Positions 1 through 10,112 are shown, numbered from the stretch's first letter. The stretch: DNA of 64,000 bases from an uncultured Acidobacteriota bacterium (GCA_963743045.1 CAVUOF010000017.1:82595-146594); one strand, 5' to 3'. Notes: a model not told the origin generated them from the letters alone. Numbers and translations: made by a program.

Positions 1-1617
1 ATGATCTCTGGAAGTAAGAAAAAACGCGCCATGTTCCTCATCCCAGAACTGATCGATCATGATCTCTGCCAGATCTCTCGCTTCACGAAACCACAAAACG
101 TCAAAGCTCGCCTCATAAAGAGACAGCAACCCATCGATCACGAATGCGTAGTCTTCCAGATAGGCGTTGAGCTTCGCCTTTCCATCCTTCCAGGTCCTGA
201 GCAGGCGGCCATCACGCTTCATCTCCCTCACCAGAAACTCAGCATTGCGCTGTGCAGTCTGCCGGTACGCTCCGCGACCCAGGGCGCTCGAGGCTTCGGC
301 AAAACTCCGTAGCATGAGCCCGTTCCAGGCGGCCAGCACCTTCTCGTCTCGACCCGGCTTGACGCGCTGCTCGCGCGCCTGGAAAAGCAACGGGCGGGCA
401 CGGGCGACAGCCTGCATGATCCTTTCCGGCGCGACCTGAAGAAGACGGCCAATTACCTCCATCGACTCATCGACGTGGAGAATGTTGTGCCCTTCAAAAT
501 TGCCCTCAGTCGAAACGTCGTAATAGCGGTTGAAGAGAGCCGCATCCTCCTCGCCGAGGAGCTTCGCAATCTCTTCGGGTGTCCAGACGAAAAACTTGCC
601 CTCTTCGCCTTCGCTGTCGGCATCCTGCGTCGAGTAGAAGCCGCCGCTGGGATCGGTCATTTCGCGCTGGACATAATCGAGGGTTTCAGTCGCGATCCGC
701 TCATAGAAACGGTTCCCGGTGACGAGAAAGGCCTCAACATAGGTGCGACTCAAGAGCGCGTTATCGTAGAGCATCTTCTCGAAGTGCGGGACCAGCCAGC
801 GCTCATCGACCGAGTAGCGGTGGAAACCGCCGCCAAGCTGATCGTAAATGCCTCCGCTGGCCATCTCATCGAGGGTCAGCTTGACCGCTGCCAGAGCAGC
901 CTCCTGCCCCGTGCCCTCCTCCTTTGTCCGATGATACTGCCTCAAAAGAAAAGAGAGATTCATGGCCGGTGGAAACTTTGGCTTGCTTCCGAAACCACCA
1001 TGGCGATGATCCAGTTGCGCGAGCAGACGCGCCGCTGCGTTGTCAAGAATGGCCTTTGACAACTCGCCTTCCGATTGCGGAGGGTGACTCAGACGAGAGA
1101 GCTCAGTGAGAAGCCCCTGGGCCCCACGCTCGATATCCTGGCGCCGGTTGTGATAGGCATCCGCAATAGCCGCGAGAATTCTCGGAAAGCCCGGCATTCC
1201 ATGGCGATCTTCAGGCGGATAGTAGGTGCCCCCGTAGAAAGGCACGCAGTTCGGTGTCAGGAAGACGGTCATCGGCCAGCCGCCCTGCCCGGTCATCAAT
1301 TGGACGGCGTTCATGTAGATGGTGTCGAGATCGGGCCGCTCTTCGCGATCAACCTTGATGCAGACGAAATTTGCGTTCATGAGCGCTGCTATCGCTTCGT
1401 TCTCGAAAGACTCCCGCTCCATGACGTGACACCAGTGGCAGGCCGAATAGCCGATGCTCAGAAGAATCGGCTTATCCTCGTTTCGAGCCACCGCCAGGGC
1501 CTCTTCACCCCACGCGTACCACATCACCGGATTGTGAGCGTGTTGGAGAAGATAGGGACTGCTCTCGTCGATCAGCTTGTTGGTGTGGATGGGCGCTGCG
1601 TTGTCTGCACTCGACAT
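1..1617 (-). CDS. YyaL/DUF255-family thioredoxin-domain protein (thioredoxin-like N-domain plus alpha/alpha-toroid domain); 3' end runs off the window
   Basis: Absent from the ORF track because there is no stop inside the window. Reverse-strand translation from the ATG at 1617 gives [74 protein letters not shown]... and stays open for all 539 codons to position 1. The + strand ORFs 475..1059 and 1075..1647 are antisense shadows. Confidence 0.85.
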   Translation of the reverse strand, partial: MSSADNAAPIHTNKLIDESSPYLLQHAHNPVMWYAWGEEALAVARNEDKPILLSIGYSACHWCHVMERESFENEAIAALMNANFVCIKVDREERPDLDTIYMNAVQLMTGQGGWPMTVFLTPNCVPFYGGTYYPPEDRHGMPGFPRILAAIADAYHNRRQDIERGAQGLLTELSRLSHPPQSEGELSKAILDNAAARLLAQLDHRHGGFGSKPKFPPAMNLSFLLRQYHRTKEEGTGQEAALAAVKLTLDEMASGGIYDQLGGGFHRYSVDERWLVPHFEKMLYDNALLSRTYVEAFLVTGNRFYERIATETLDYVQREMTDPSGGFYSTQDADSEGEEGKFFVWTPEEIAKLLGEEDAALFNRYYDVSTEGNFEGHNILHVDESMEVIGRLLQVAPERIMQAVARARPLLFQAREQRVKPGRDEKVLAAWNGLMLRSFAEASSALGRGAYRQTAQRNAEFLVREMKRDGRLLRTWKDGKAKLNAYLEDYAFVIDGLLSLYEASFDVLWFREARDLAEIMIDQFWDEEHGAFFLTSRDH

Positions 1618-1730
1618 CTGACTCCTTATTATAGGTTTCTGCTATAGTATTGCTTTTTCTGAAGATTGGAAACGCACCGATTCTACCCCAACCAGAGAGA
1701 AGCACACCTCCAGGCGCGTTGTCACGAACC

Positions 1731-2540
1731 ATGAAATACGGTTGTCTGCTCTTTGATCTCGATGGCACATTGATCGATTCGCTCGCCGACATCACCACCT
1801 CTGTCAACCTCATGCCGCGTGAGTTCGACAGGCTGCTGCTGCCCGAGTCGGCCGTCACCGGGCTCATCGGCGAAGGCGTCCGAATGCTCGTCGAAAGGGC
1901 TCTGCTCGTCGGCGTTGCCGACCTTCGCAACAGTTTTCCTTCACCGGCAGAAGTTGAAATGGCGATGGCCGCGTTCCGTCGCCACTACCGGGACCATCTC
2001 TTTGATACGACGACCACCTACCCTGGCGTGTTCGAAACGCTGCGATACTTCGACCGCATCCCGAAGGCAGTGGTCACGAACAAGCCTGTTGAGTTCGCGC
2101 GGGAGGTTCTTCAGCGGCTCGACCTGTCGCCCTTTTTCGTTGCCGTGGTGGGTGGTGACAGCCTGCCGCAGAGGAAGCCGTCACCCGAACCTCTGCTCGA
2201 GGCGGCCCGGCTGTGCGGAGTCTCACCGGAAGAGTGCCTGGTGATCGGCGATAGCCCCGTCGATATGATCGCGGCGCGAGCAGCCGGCATGTCGTCATGC
2301 GGCTTCACTGGAGGGTTTTGCAGAAGAGACGATATTATCGCTGCGGGAGCGGAGACCCTGATCGATGAAATGCGAGCCCTGCGAGATGTAGTGGGTGCCG
2401 GTGACGCTGAAAGTGCTACCGCCGCCGACCCGTGCGACATTGGAGACCGGATCGACGGCGGCTTCCCCGGGAAAATCTCTACACTGCGCGCACTACACCG
2501 CGAATCACAATCCAGACCAGATAGATCAGCCCGCCGATGA
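1731..2540 (+). CDS. HAD-superfamily phosphatase (phosphoglycolate phosphatase-like)
   Basis: ORF 1650..2540. The likely start is the Met of MKYGCLLFDLDGTLIDS (HAD motif I, DxDGT). Later motifs VVTNKP and GDSPVDMIAARAAGM are present. The last ~40 aa are low-complexity and overlap the convergent small ORF, so the true 3' end is uncertain. Confidence 0.8.
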   Translation: MKYGCLLFDLDGTLIDSLADITTSVNLMPREFDRLLLPESAVTGLIGEGVRMLVERALLVGVADLRNSFPSPAEVEMAMAAFRRHYRDHLFDTTTTYPGVFETLRYFDRIPKAVVTNKPVEFAREVLQRLDLSPFFVAVVGGDSLPQRKPSPEPLLEAARLCGVSPEECLVIGDSPVDMIAARAAGMSSCGFTGGFCRRDDIIAAGAETLIDEMRALRDVVGAGDAESATAADPCDIGDRIDGGFPGKISTLRALHRESQSRPDRSARR

Positions 2541-2670
2541 AAGCCAGCTTGATGAGCAACGCCGCAAGTCCTACGAAGAGCCCCAGCAATGACAGGACCA
2601 GGCCGAGCAGGGCCGCCAGAACTACCACTGCCACGACAACAAGAACTATGCCCGTGAGTGCCTCAAACAT
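2479..2670 (-). CDS. Small hydrophobic membrane protein (63 aa), function unknown
   Basis: ORF MFEALTGIVLVVVAVVVLAALLGLVLSLLGLFVGLAALLIKLAFIGGLIYLVWIVIRGVVRAV consists of two or three predicted TM helices. No family recognised. Confidence 0.4.
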   Translation of the reverse strand: MFEALTGIVLVVVAVVVLAALLGLVLSLLGLFVGLAALLIKLAFIGGLIYLVWIVIRGVVRAV

Positions 2671-2741
2671 GAGTCATTCCCTCCTTCATCACTATACGTT
2701 AAGAGCTGTTCTGAAGTTGCAGCATCGCCAATTGTGGCTCT

Positions 2742-3068
2742 TCATGGCCTGGGCCGTTTAAAGTAGAGAATCGGATCCTGCGGCGAACCTGAAACGCTGA
2801 CCAGTTCCCACCCCTTTTCACCCACCTTATCGAGATTGCGCTCGAATGGATAGGCTTCACGAGTGAAGGAGCCTTCTGGCGCCTTCTTGATACTGCTGAA
2901 TTCACCACTCGACATCGACGCCAGATTGGTCGATCCGCCGCTGACTACGAGATACTCCCAATGAACATCGTCGCTCGCATGATCGCTTGAAGGCCGCTTC
3001 TGCTGGACCGCTGCCGCAGCCGTGATAACGACAAGTATTCCCACGAACAAGATCACTCTTGCTTTCAT
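2742..3068 (-). CDS. Small exported protein, DUF4177-like
   Basis: ORF 2742..3173. The preferred start is MKARVILFVGILVVITAAAA (signal or TM segment) at 3068, preceded by AAAGGAG. WEYLVV...LDKVGEKGWELVSV...LYFKRP resembles the DUF4177 pattern. Confidence 0.5.
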   Translation of the reverse strand: MKARVILFVGILVVITAAAAVQQKRPSSDHASDDVHWEYLVVSGGSTNLASMSSGEFSSIKKAPEGSFTREAYPFERNLDKVGEKGWELVSVSGSPQDPILYFKRPRP

Positions 3069-3210
3069 TGCAGATGGCTCCTTTCGGTGCGTAAGGTAGG
3101 CTCGCCGGGTAGGCGGATTATACTCGAAATGTCGTCTTCGGTCTGAAGCCATTTGCCGGAGTCGCTGCAGCACGCCTTATAATGCTCAGTCTCGAGAATT
3201 CAGCTTAACT

Positions 3211-4786
3211 GTGAGGAGCCTTGTGGTTGAACAGGAGAATGATCAGGTACGGCAGAGGAAGCATCACCTATCCGAGATTGTGGAGCTTGGCCATGCGGCC
3301 TACCCGCATCGGTTTGATCGAACCCATTCGATCTCGGCGATTGCCGAGCGGTATGGAAGCTATGCGGGCGCCAAGACGGCCGAGGAGAGTGAAAAGGTAA
3401 ACGCTCTATTGAAGATCCGCTGAAGGCGGGCAGCTGCGCATGGCAGGACGGCTCATGACCAACCGGCTCATGGGTAAGGCAGCGTTCTCTCATATCTCGG
3501 ATGGCGAGGGGCAGATTCAGCTCTATTTCAGAAAGAACGACCTCGGCGATCAAGGCTGGGCGCTCTACCAGAAGCTCGATCTCGGCGACTGGATTGGAGC
3601 CGAAGGATTCCTCTTCATCACCAGAACAGGTGAGCTTTCGCTGCACGTCACGGCTCTCCACTTTCTGGCGAAGGCACTGCTGCCGATGCCGGACAAGTTT
3701 CACGGCGTACATGACAAGGAGCTCAGGTACCGCCAGCGCTATGTCGATCTGATTGCCAGCGGTTCGGTGCAGGAGCGCAGTCCGGGCGAGCTCACCTCTC
3801 GCGAGGTCTTCGTTCGCCGAGCCCGGATCATCGCACTAATCCGGCGCTTCTTCGATGACCGGGGCTACATCGAGGTCGAGACGCCAATGCTCACTCCGCT
3901 GCCCACGGGGGCGACGGCACGCCCCTTCGTCACGCACCATAACGCGCTCGATATAGATCTTTATGCCCGAATAGCGCCCGAACTCTATCTCAAGCGGCTG
4001 ATTGTCGGTGGCTTCGAACGGGTCTACGAAATCAACCGCAACTTTCGCAATGAGGGCCTGTCGATCAGGCACAATCCTGAGTTCACTATGCTCGAGTGGT
4101 ACCAGGCCTACTCTGATTATCACGAGCTCATGGATCTGACCCAGGAACTGATCACCATGCTCGTTGATGAGGTGCATGGTACGCGCCAGGTGCAGTATCT
4201 GGATCAGCTCCTCGACTTCGACAACTGGCAACGCATGACGATGCGAGAAGCCGTGGTCAGATTCTGGCCTCAGAGTGAAACACGGCCGACCATCGACGGG
4301 CTGACCGAATTGGGCGAGCTTCAAAGACTGGCTGAAGCGCTCCAGGCTGCCTATGATCCGCGTCTCAACGAGGGTCAGTTGCTGGGATTGCTCTTCGAAA
4401 CCGTGGCTGAGCCGCAACTCATCAATCCGACTTTCATCACTGAGTTCCCGACTCAGCTCTCACCCCTTTCGAAGCAGAAGCCCGGCGATCCGAGATTCGT
4501 CGAGAGATTCGAGCTCTACATTTCCTGCATGGAGATCGCCAATGCGTTTTCCGAGCTGAATGATCCCGAGGAACAGCGCAACCGTTTTGAAGAGCAGGCA
4601 CGGCAGCGCGAACGCGGAGATGCCGAAGCGATGGTCACCGACGAAGACTACGTGCGCGCGCTCTCGTATGGCATGCCGCCGACGGCTGGAGAGGGGGTTG
4701 GTATCGACCGGCTGGTTATGCTCCTTACCAATCAGCGCTCAATCCGTGATGTCATTCTGTTTCCGCACATGCGACCGGAGAGTTGA
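3211..4786 (+). CDS. lysS: Lysine--tRNA ligase, class II; reading frame broken once (+1) near 3413-3420
   Basis: ORF 3440..4786 carries the OB-fold and class II catalytic core ([60 protein letters not shown]). ORF 3211..3423 encodes the usual N-terminal helix ([28 protein letters not shown]) in another frame. The only window free of stops in both frames is 3413-3420. A GTG at 3223, after GAGGAG, is an alternative start. Confidence 0.9.
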
Positions 4787-4811
4787 AGAAAGGGATTCCG
4801 GCACCGAGGTT

Positions 4812-4850
4812 GTCGCGCCAACGGCGCGACCTCAAATAGCCCAGGGTTCG
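4812..4850 (+). repeat. Solo (half) copy of repeat family A (GCGCC-loop-GGCGCG hairpin plus start of a CCCAGGG hairpin)
   Basis: gtcgcgccaacggcgcgacctcaaatagcccagggttcgg matches the arm consensus seen at 22235, 22474, 43231, 53098 and 60496. Confidence 0.7.
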
Positions 4851-4856
4851 GTTGCG

Positions 4857-5021
4857 CCTTCGGTGCAAACCAAGAGCACGCGGGACGCGTGCGCTCCCAG
4901 GCCAGGCTCGTCTCGATCAATCGCCCGGTCAGGCAGAATCGATTTCGCAGCTAGCCCAACCGGAACGCTCGGACAGCCTGGGAGCGCACGCGTCCCGCGT
5001 GCTCTTCGGTCGCACCGAAGG
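4857..5021. repeat. 165-bp palindromic, MITE-like element: 46-nt inverted arms (3 mismatches) around a 73-nt centre
   Basis: The left arm ccttcggtgcaaaccaagagcacgcgggacgcgtgcgctcccaggc (4857-4902) is the reverse complement of 4976-5021 apart from 3 mismatches. Each arm also contains its own gcacgcg-gga-cgcgtgc hairpin. The element ends 17 nt before the LolC/E start codon. Confidence 0.75.
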
Positions 5022-5037
5022 TGCACATATTGACTTC

Positions 5038-6292
5038 ATGTCATACGAATGGTTCATTGCTCTTCGCTATCTGAGAGCGCGGCGGCGCGAAGCCGCGATG
5101 TCGGTCAATACGGCTATCGCTGTTGCCGGAATCGCCCTCGGGGTGGCTGCATTGATCGTTGCACTCGCGCTTATGGTCGGGTTCAGGTCGGAAGTTCAGG
5201 ATAAGATCCCTTGCAGGTACCGCTCACCTCAATCTCCTCCGATCCGACAACGGCGGTATAGAAGACTACCCGGCTCTCGTCGAAAGACTCAGCCAGGTGC
5301 ACGGCGTCCGAGCTGCCGCTGCAACCATCTATGCGCCGGTCCTGCTCAGTTCGGGTGACCGGGACGAATCGGCGGTACTGAAGGGGGTCGATCTCAGCAC
5401 ACCGCACGAAGCCAACGAAGTGTTTGCGACGACTATCGAGGGCGATCCCTCTCAGCTCTCGGCAGCCAGCCAGCAGGGGAATGGAGATGAAGCGCTCTCC
5501 GGCATCATTCCCGGGAAAGAGCTTGCCCGGACACTGGGCTTGCGCGTCGGAGATATGGCGACAGTTATCTCGGCGGGCAGCCGGTTGACACCGGTCGGTC
5601 TTCAGCCCCGCGCGAGGTCAATACGCTTCCGCGTGGTAGGAATCTTCTCCTCCGGACTCTATGAATATGACTCGAAATGGGCGTACGCATCTCTCGAAGC
5701 GACTCAGCGTCTCGGCGACCAGGGGGCGACGGCTGGCGTCATTCAGATGAAGGTGGACGATCTGGATCGCGTCGATGAGACGGCTGCCCGCGTGCGCGAC
5801 GTGGCCGGTCCGGGCTTCATCACAACCACGTGGCGCGAGCTCAACCGCCCTCTCTTTGCGGCTCTCAGCCTGCAGCACCGGGTGGTCATCGTATTCTTCG
5901 TCATGCTGATCGCGATTGCCGCGCTCAACATCGGCACTACGCTGACGATGTCGGTGATCGAGAAGCACCGCGACATTGCGATTCTTCGCGCGCAGGGGGC
6001 GACAGCGGGCGCGATAACCCGAGTATTCGTCTATCAGGGTCTGATGATCGGACTTGCCGGGTCCGCGATCGGAGTTTTGCTCGGATTGCTGGCAGCCTGG
6101 GTGGCAAACCGATACCAGCTGGTGTCGATTCCGGCCGAGATCTACTCGGTTTCGCACGTCACCCTGCGGGTGCAGCTGACAGATTGCGTCGGAATAGCCC
6201 TGGCGGCAATTGTAATCAGTCTCCTTGCGACAATTTATCCTGCCTTCTCGGCCGCCCGGCTCCCACCGGTCGAGGCCTTGCGCCACGAGTAG
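5038..6292 (+). CDS. LolC/LolE-family lipoprotein-releasing ABC permease (FtsX/MacB-type); one frame break near 5208-5210
   Basis: [57 protein letters not shown] (frame of ORF 4852..5358) continues as [10 protein letters not shown]... in ORF 5159..6292. Removing one C from the CCC run at 5208-5210 restores DKILAGTAHL. The C-terminal FtsX helices are present. Confidence 0.85.
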
Positions 6293-6350
6293 TACCAGCC
6301 GCCGGCGAGCCATCTATCAAGATTCGAAGTTGGAGCCCCGCTCATTAATA

Positions 6351-6379
6351 TTGACAAATTCTAACTGACCGCTTAGAGT
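6351..6379 (+). promoter_or_regulatory. Sigma-70-like promoter for paralogue 1 (TTGACA-N17-TAGAGT)
   Basis: TTGACA at 6351-6356, a 17-nt spacer, then TAGAGT at 6374-6379, about 70 nt upstream of the ATG at 6449. The same hexamers and spacing recur at 7561. Confidence 0.5.
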
Positions 6380-6448
6380 GCAGGGCGCTGATTAAGATCC
6401 GCCAACCTCCGATGGGCGGTAATTACCACGCTAACAAAGGAGACTCTT

Positions 6449-7444
6449 ATGCGAACCTCACGCTTATTGGCTCACGGCCTCGTGACGCTTGGTGCGTTAC
6501 TGGTCCTCTCTATGGTCGCACTGGCGGCCGATCCCGGCCTGGTTTATCCAGCCGCCTCTGAAGTGAGTGATCAGAAGGCCGGCTCGATTCTGATCTTCAA
6601 CACCTACACCTCATCCGCGAGTGCTCCGGCGCAGGAGAACACGCGCATCAATATCACTAACACGAGCACGACGAGTGCTGCGTTCGTCCACCTCTTCTTC
6701 GTTGAAGGTCAAACCTGCGGTGTCGCCGATACTTTCATCTGCTTCACTGCTAACCAGACGGCCAGTTTTACGACGTCGGATGCTGATCCCGGAACCCGCG
6801 GCTACATAGTCGCGATTGCGGTAGACGGAGTCTTCGGGTGCCCATTCAGCAATAACGTCCTGATAGGCGACGAGTACGTCAAGTACGCGTCTGGACACGC
6901 TGCCAACCTTGGTGCCGAGGCCATTGCAGCACTCTTTCAAGGACCGTTGCCAGGCTGCGATGCCAACAGCGTTGCGGCGGCGATCAACTTTAATGGTGTC
7001 GCAGGCGCGGGATATAACCTCATTCCGCGTGTGCTCGCCGACGACTCGATTCCCTCCCGCCTGGACGGAAATGACACGAAGCTCATTGTCAACCGCATCG
7101 GAGGCAACCTCGCAACTGGTGCGGCAACACTCAGCACGCTCTTTGTCGTCATCTACGACGACGCTGAGAACACTTTCAGCACGACGATTACTGGACAATG
7201 CCATCTCGAATTGTCGCTTGGAGCTAACAATCTGCCGAGAGTCGTAGGTGGCTGGAATGCGTTGATTCCGGCCGGCCATACGGGCTGGCTGAAATTCTGG
7301 TCAACTGCCGATATCGGAATTCTCGGGGCTGCGATCAACTTCAATGCAGGGACGGCCGGATTCAATGGTGGCCACAACCTTCATAAGCTGACACTCTCAG
7401 CGACCAATAACTACGTCATGCCAGTCTTCCCACCTGCCTGTTAG
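6449..7444 (+). CDS. Secreted protein of unknown function, paralogue 1 of 4 (331 aa, intact)
   Basis: AAAGGAG ribosome-binding site. Signal peptide MRTSRLLAHGLVTLGALLVLSMVALA|ADPG. Six Cys, including the C-terminal residue (..PVFPPAC). No family recognised. Confidence 0.85.
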   Translation: MRTSRLLAHGLVTLGALLVLSMVALAADPGLVYPAASEVSDQKAGSILIFNTYTSSASAPAQENTRINITNTSTTSAAFVHLFFVEGQTCGVADTFICFTANQTASFTTSDADPGTRGYIVAIAVDGVFGCPFSNNVLIGDEYVKYASGHAANLGAEAIAALFQGPLPGCDANSVAAAINFNGVAGAGYNLIPRVLADDSIPSRLDGNDTKLIVNRIGGNLATGAATLSTLFVVIYDDAENTFSTTITGQCHLELSLGANNLPRVVGGWNALIPAGHTGWLKFWSTADIGILGAAINFNAGTAGFNGGHNLHKLTLSATNNYVMPVFPPAC

Positions 7445-7460
7445 AAAGGGGCTGGTTTGC

Positions 7461-7501
7461 GGCAAAGACGGCGGAGGGCTTCGGCTCTCCGCCGTTTTGC
7501 C
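7461..7501 (+). terminator. Long hairpin after paralogue 1 (about 15-bp stem with one bulge, UUCG-capped)
   Basis: ggcaaagacggcggag...ttcg...ctccgccgttttgcc. The U-run lies inside the 3' arm rather than after it. Confidence 0.45.
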
Positions 7502-7560
7502 GTTGCGCTCCATCTCCATCCGCCTCATGGTTAATTCTCTTTAGTAATCATGTTTAATCG

Positions 7561-7589
7561 TTGACAAACAACCTGGAGTTCATTAGAGT
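7561..7589 (+). promoter_or_regulatory. Sigma-70-like promoter for paralogue 2 (TTGACA-N17-TAGAGT)
   Basis: TTGACA at 7561-7566 and TAGAGT at 7584-7589, about 85 nt upstream of the ATG at 7675. Confidence 0.5.
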
Positions 7590-7674
7590 GCGCTGGCCGG
7601 AAGCGGCACTTTTTCCAGCCTTTTCCTTATATTTCGATAGGGAAAGGCGACCCTCAATTGCAAAAGGAGACCTC

Positions 7675-8668
7675 ATGCGAACCTCACGACTATTGGTTCG
7701 GAGCCTGCTGGCGATCTCGGCTCTTATGCTGGCATCCTCCGCAGCCTTCGCCGCCGACCCTGGCCTGGCCTATCCGCCAGTGTCGGAAGTGAGCGATCAG
7801 AAGGCTGGTTCAATTCTGTTCTACAACACCTACACCTCATCCGCGAGCGCACCTGCACAGGAGAACTCGCGTATCAATATCACCAACACGAGCTCCTCGA
7901 GTCCTGCCTTCGTGCATCTCTTCTTCGTCGAGGGAGCAAGCTGCGGAGTTGCAGACACCTTCATCTGCTTCACCAACAATCAGACGGCGAGCTTCACCAC
8001 TTCGGATGCCGATCCCGGCACTCGAGGGTACATCATCGTTATCGCAGTCAACCCGTTTGACGGTTCACCGGCCAACTTCAACTTCCTGATCGGCGATGAG
8101 TACGTCAAGTATGCATCGGGCCACGCCGCCAACCTCGGCGCTGAAGCGATTTGCCAAGCTTACCGACACTAACGTGGTCAGCACCGACGGTTCTCTGGCT
8201 GCGATCTTCTTCGACGGTCTGCTCCTCGCGGGCAGCTACAATAAGGTGCCGCGCGTGCTTGCGGATGATTCGATACCCTCACGCCTGGATGGCAACGATA
8301 CCAAGTTGATCGTCAATCGTATCGGTGGGAATCTTGTCACAGGCGCATCAACTCTCGGCACTCTCTTCGCCGTCATTTATGACGACGCGGAGAATACCTT
8401 CAGCACGAGCTTTACTGGCCAATGCCATCTTGAGCTCTCGCTCGGCGCCAATAATCTGCCGAGGGTGATCGGTGGCTGGAATGCGCTCATTCCCGCAGGC
8501 CATACCGGCTGGATGAAGTTCTGGTCGACTGCAGACATCGGAATCCTCGGTGCGGCCATCAACTTCAATGCCGGGGCGTCAGGATTCAACGGAGGCCACA
8601 ACCTCCACAAGCTGACGCTGTCCGCAGCCGCCAATTACGTAATTCCTGTCTTCCCGGCGAGCTGTTAA
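7675..8668 (+). CDS. Secreted protein of unknown function, paralogue 2 of 4; frame broken by one extra G at 8153
   Basis: ORFs 7561..8172 and 8096..8668 together are collinear with paralogue 3. Paralogue 2 reads gcgatttGccaagc where paralogue 3 reads gcgatttccaagc. The start is at [12 protein letters not shown] after AAAGGAGA. Confidence 0.8.
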
Positions 8669-8693
8669 GAGCCGCGGATATACCTCAACAACC

Positions 8694-8729
8694 AATGCGG
8701 GCAGGGCGCGTAAGCGTTCTGCCCGCATT
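8694..8729 (+). terminator. Hairpin after paralogue 2 (11-bp stem: aatgcgggcag / ctgcccgcatt)
   Basis: Perfect 11-bp stem with a 14-nt loop. A near-identical hairpin follows paralogue 3. Confidence 0.45.
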
Positions 8730-8854
8730 GCATTTACGCTGCTCAGCAGATCCCACCATCCTCGGGTTTTCACTCCTGCAGACGATCTGACAAGTACTGC
8801 TGAATCCGCGAACGCCGTTTCCGGCGATCTTTTGAGATGCCGGGACCTTAGGGG

Positions 8855-8883
8855 TTGACAAGACTTTCCTAATCCACTAAATT
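8855..8883 (+). promoter_or_regulatory. Sigma-70-like promoter for paralogue 3 (TTGACA-N17-TAAATT)
   Basis: TTGACA at 8855-8860 and TAAATT at 8878-8883. Confidence 0.45.
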
Positions 8884-8971
8884 TCAATAGATCGAGCGGC
8901 TCCTTCGAGCGCTCTCATCTATTTTCTTGCAACACCACGAATATTGACCTCAACCTCAAAAGGAGAATCAT

Positions 8972-9964
8972 TTGCGAACCTCACGAACACTCATTAGGAG
9001 CCTGCTGGCGATCTCAGCTCTTCTGCTGGCATCCTCCGCAGCCTTCGCCGCCGACCCTGGCCTGGCCTATCCGGCAGCGTCGGAAGTGAGCGACCAGAAG
9101 GCTGGTTCAATTCTGTTCTACAACACCTACACCTCATCCGCGAGCGCACCTGCGCAGGAGAACTCGCGCATCAATATCACCAACACGAGCTCCTCGAGTG
9201 CTGCCTTCGTGCATCTCTTCTTCGTCGAGGGAGCAAGCTGCGGAGTCGCCGACACCTTCATCTGCTTCACCAGCAATCAGACGGCGAGCTTCACCACTTC
9301 GGATGCCGATCCCGGCACTCGAGGGTACATTATCGTTATCGCAGTCAACCCGTTTGACGGTTCACCGGCCAACTTCAACTTCCTCATCGGCGATGAGTAC
9401 GTCAGGTATGCCTCGGGCCACGCCGCCAACCTCGGCGCTGAAGCGATTTCCAAGCTTACGGACACTAACGTGCTCAGCACCGACGGTTCTCTGGCTGCGC
9501 TCTTCTTCGACGGTCTGCTCCTCGCGGGCAGCTACAATAGGGTGCCACGCGTACTGGCGGATGATTCGATACCCTCACGCCTGGATGGCAACGACACCAA
9601 GTTGATCGTCAATCGTGTCGGTGGGAATCTTGTCACAGGCGCATCAACTCTCGGCACTCTCTTCGCCGTCATTTATGACGACGCGGAGAATACCTTCAGC
9701 ACGAGCTTTACTGGCCAATGCCATCTTGAGCTCTCGCTCGGCGCCAATAATCTGCCGAGGGTGATCGGTGGCTGGAATGCGCTCATTCCCGCAGGCCATA
9801 CCGGCTGGATGAAGTTCTGGTCGACTGCAGACATCGGAATCCTCGGTGCGGCCATCAACTTCAATGCCGGGGCGTCAGGATTCAACGGAGGCCACAACCT
9901 CCACAAGCTGACGCTGGCCATAGGGGCCACTTACACAGTTCCGATCTTCCCGGCTAGCTGTTAA
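8972..9964 (+). CDS. Secreted protein of unknown function, paralogue 3 of 4 (330 aa, intact, TTG start)
   Basis: AAAGGAGA ribosome-binding site. The codon equivalent to the ATG of the other copies is TTG here. Signal peptide ..SSAAFA|ADPG. Four Cys, with a C-terminal ..PIFPASC. Confidence 0.8.
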   Translation: MRTSRTLIRSLLAISALLLASSAAFAADPGLAYPAASEVSDQKAGSILFYNTYTSSASAPAQENSRINITNTSSSSAAFVHLFFVEGASCGVADTFICFTSNQTASFTTSDADPGTRGYIIVIAVNPFDGSPANFNFLIGDEYVRYASGHAANLGAEAISKLTDTNVLSTDGSLAALFFDGLLLAGSYNRVPRVLADDSIPSRLDGNDTKLIVNRVGGNLVTGASTLGTLFAVIYDDAENTFSTSFTGQCHLELSLGANNLPRVIGGWNALIPAGHTGWMKFWSTADIGILGAAINFNAGASGFNGGHNLHKLTLAIGATYTVPIFPASC

Positions 9965-9988
9965 GAGTCGGAATCTACTTCAACAACG

Positions 9989-10029
9989 ATGCGGGCAGGG
10001 CGTGTAAGCGTCCTGCCCGCATTTGTTTC
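9989..10029 (+). terminator. Hairpin plus U-rich tail after paralogue 3
   Basis: atgcgggcagg / cctgcccgcat stem followed by ttgtttcc. Confidence 0.55.
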
Positions 10030-10112
10030 CTCACATCAATAGCTTGGCAACCAGCCTCACTAACACCTTTAGCTTGAACAACTCTGTTCTTTGGCTCCCG
10101 CATCACTAAATC

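Noticed and set aside
475-1647. + strand ORFs 475..1059 and 1075..1647 (194 and 190 aa)
   Set aside because: They are antisense to a continuous, strongly recognisable YyaL-family reading frame on the - strand. Their sequences have no family features.
3413-5210. Programmed +1 ribosomal frameshifting at AAGATCC in lysS and the LolC/E gene
   Set aside because: There are about 25 other frame breaks in the window with unrelated contexts and both signs. There is no slippery or stall signal of the known +1 type (such as the prfB-like CUU UGA with an upstream SD). Indel error is far more likely. It is kept only as a low-interest note.
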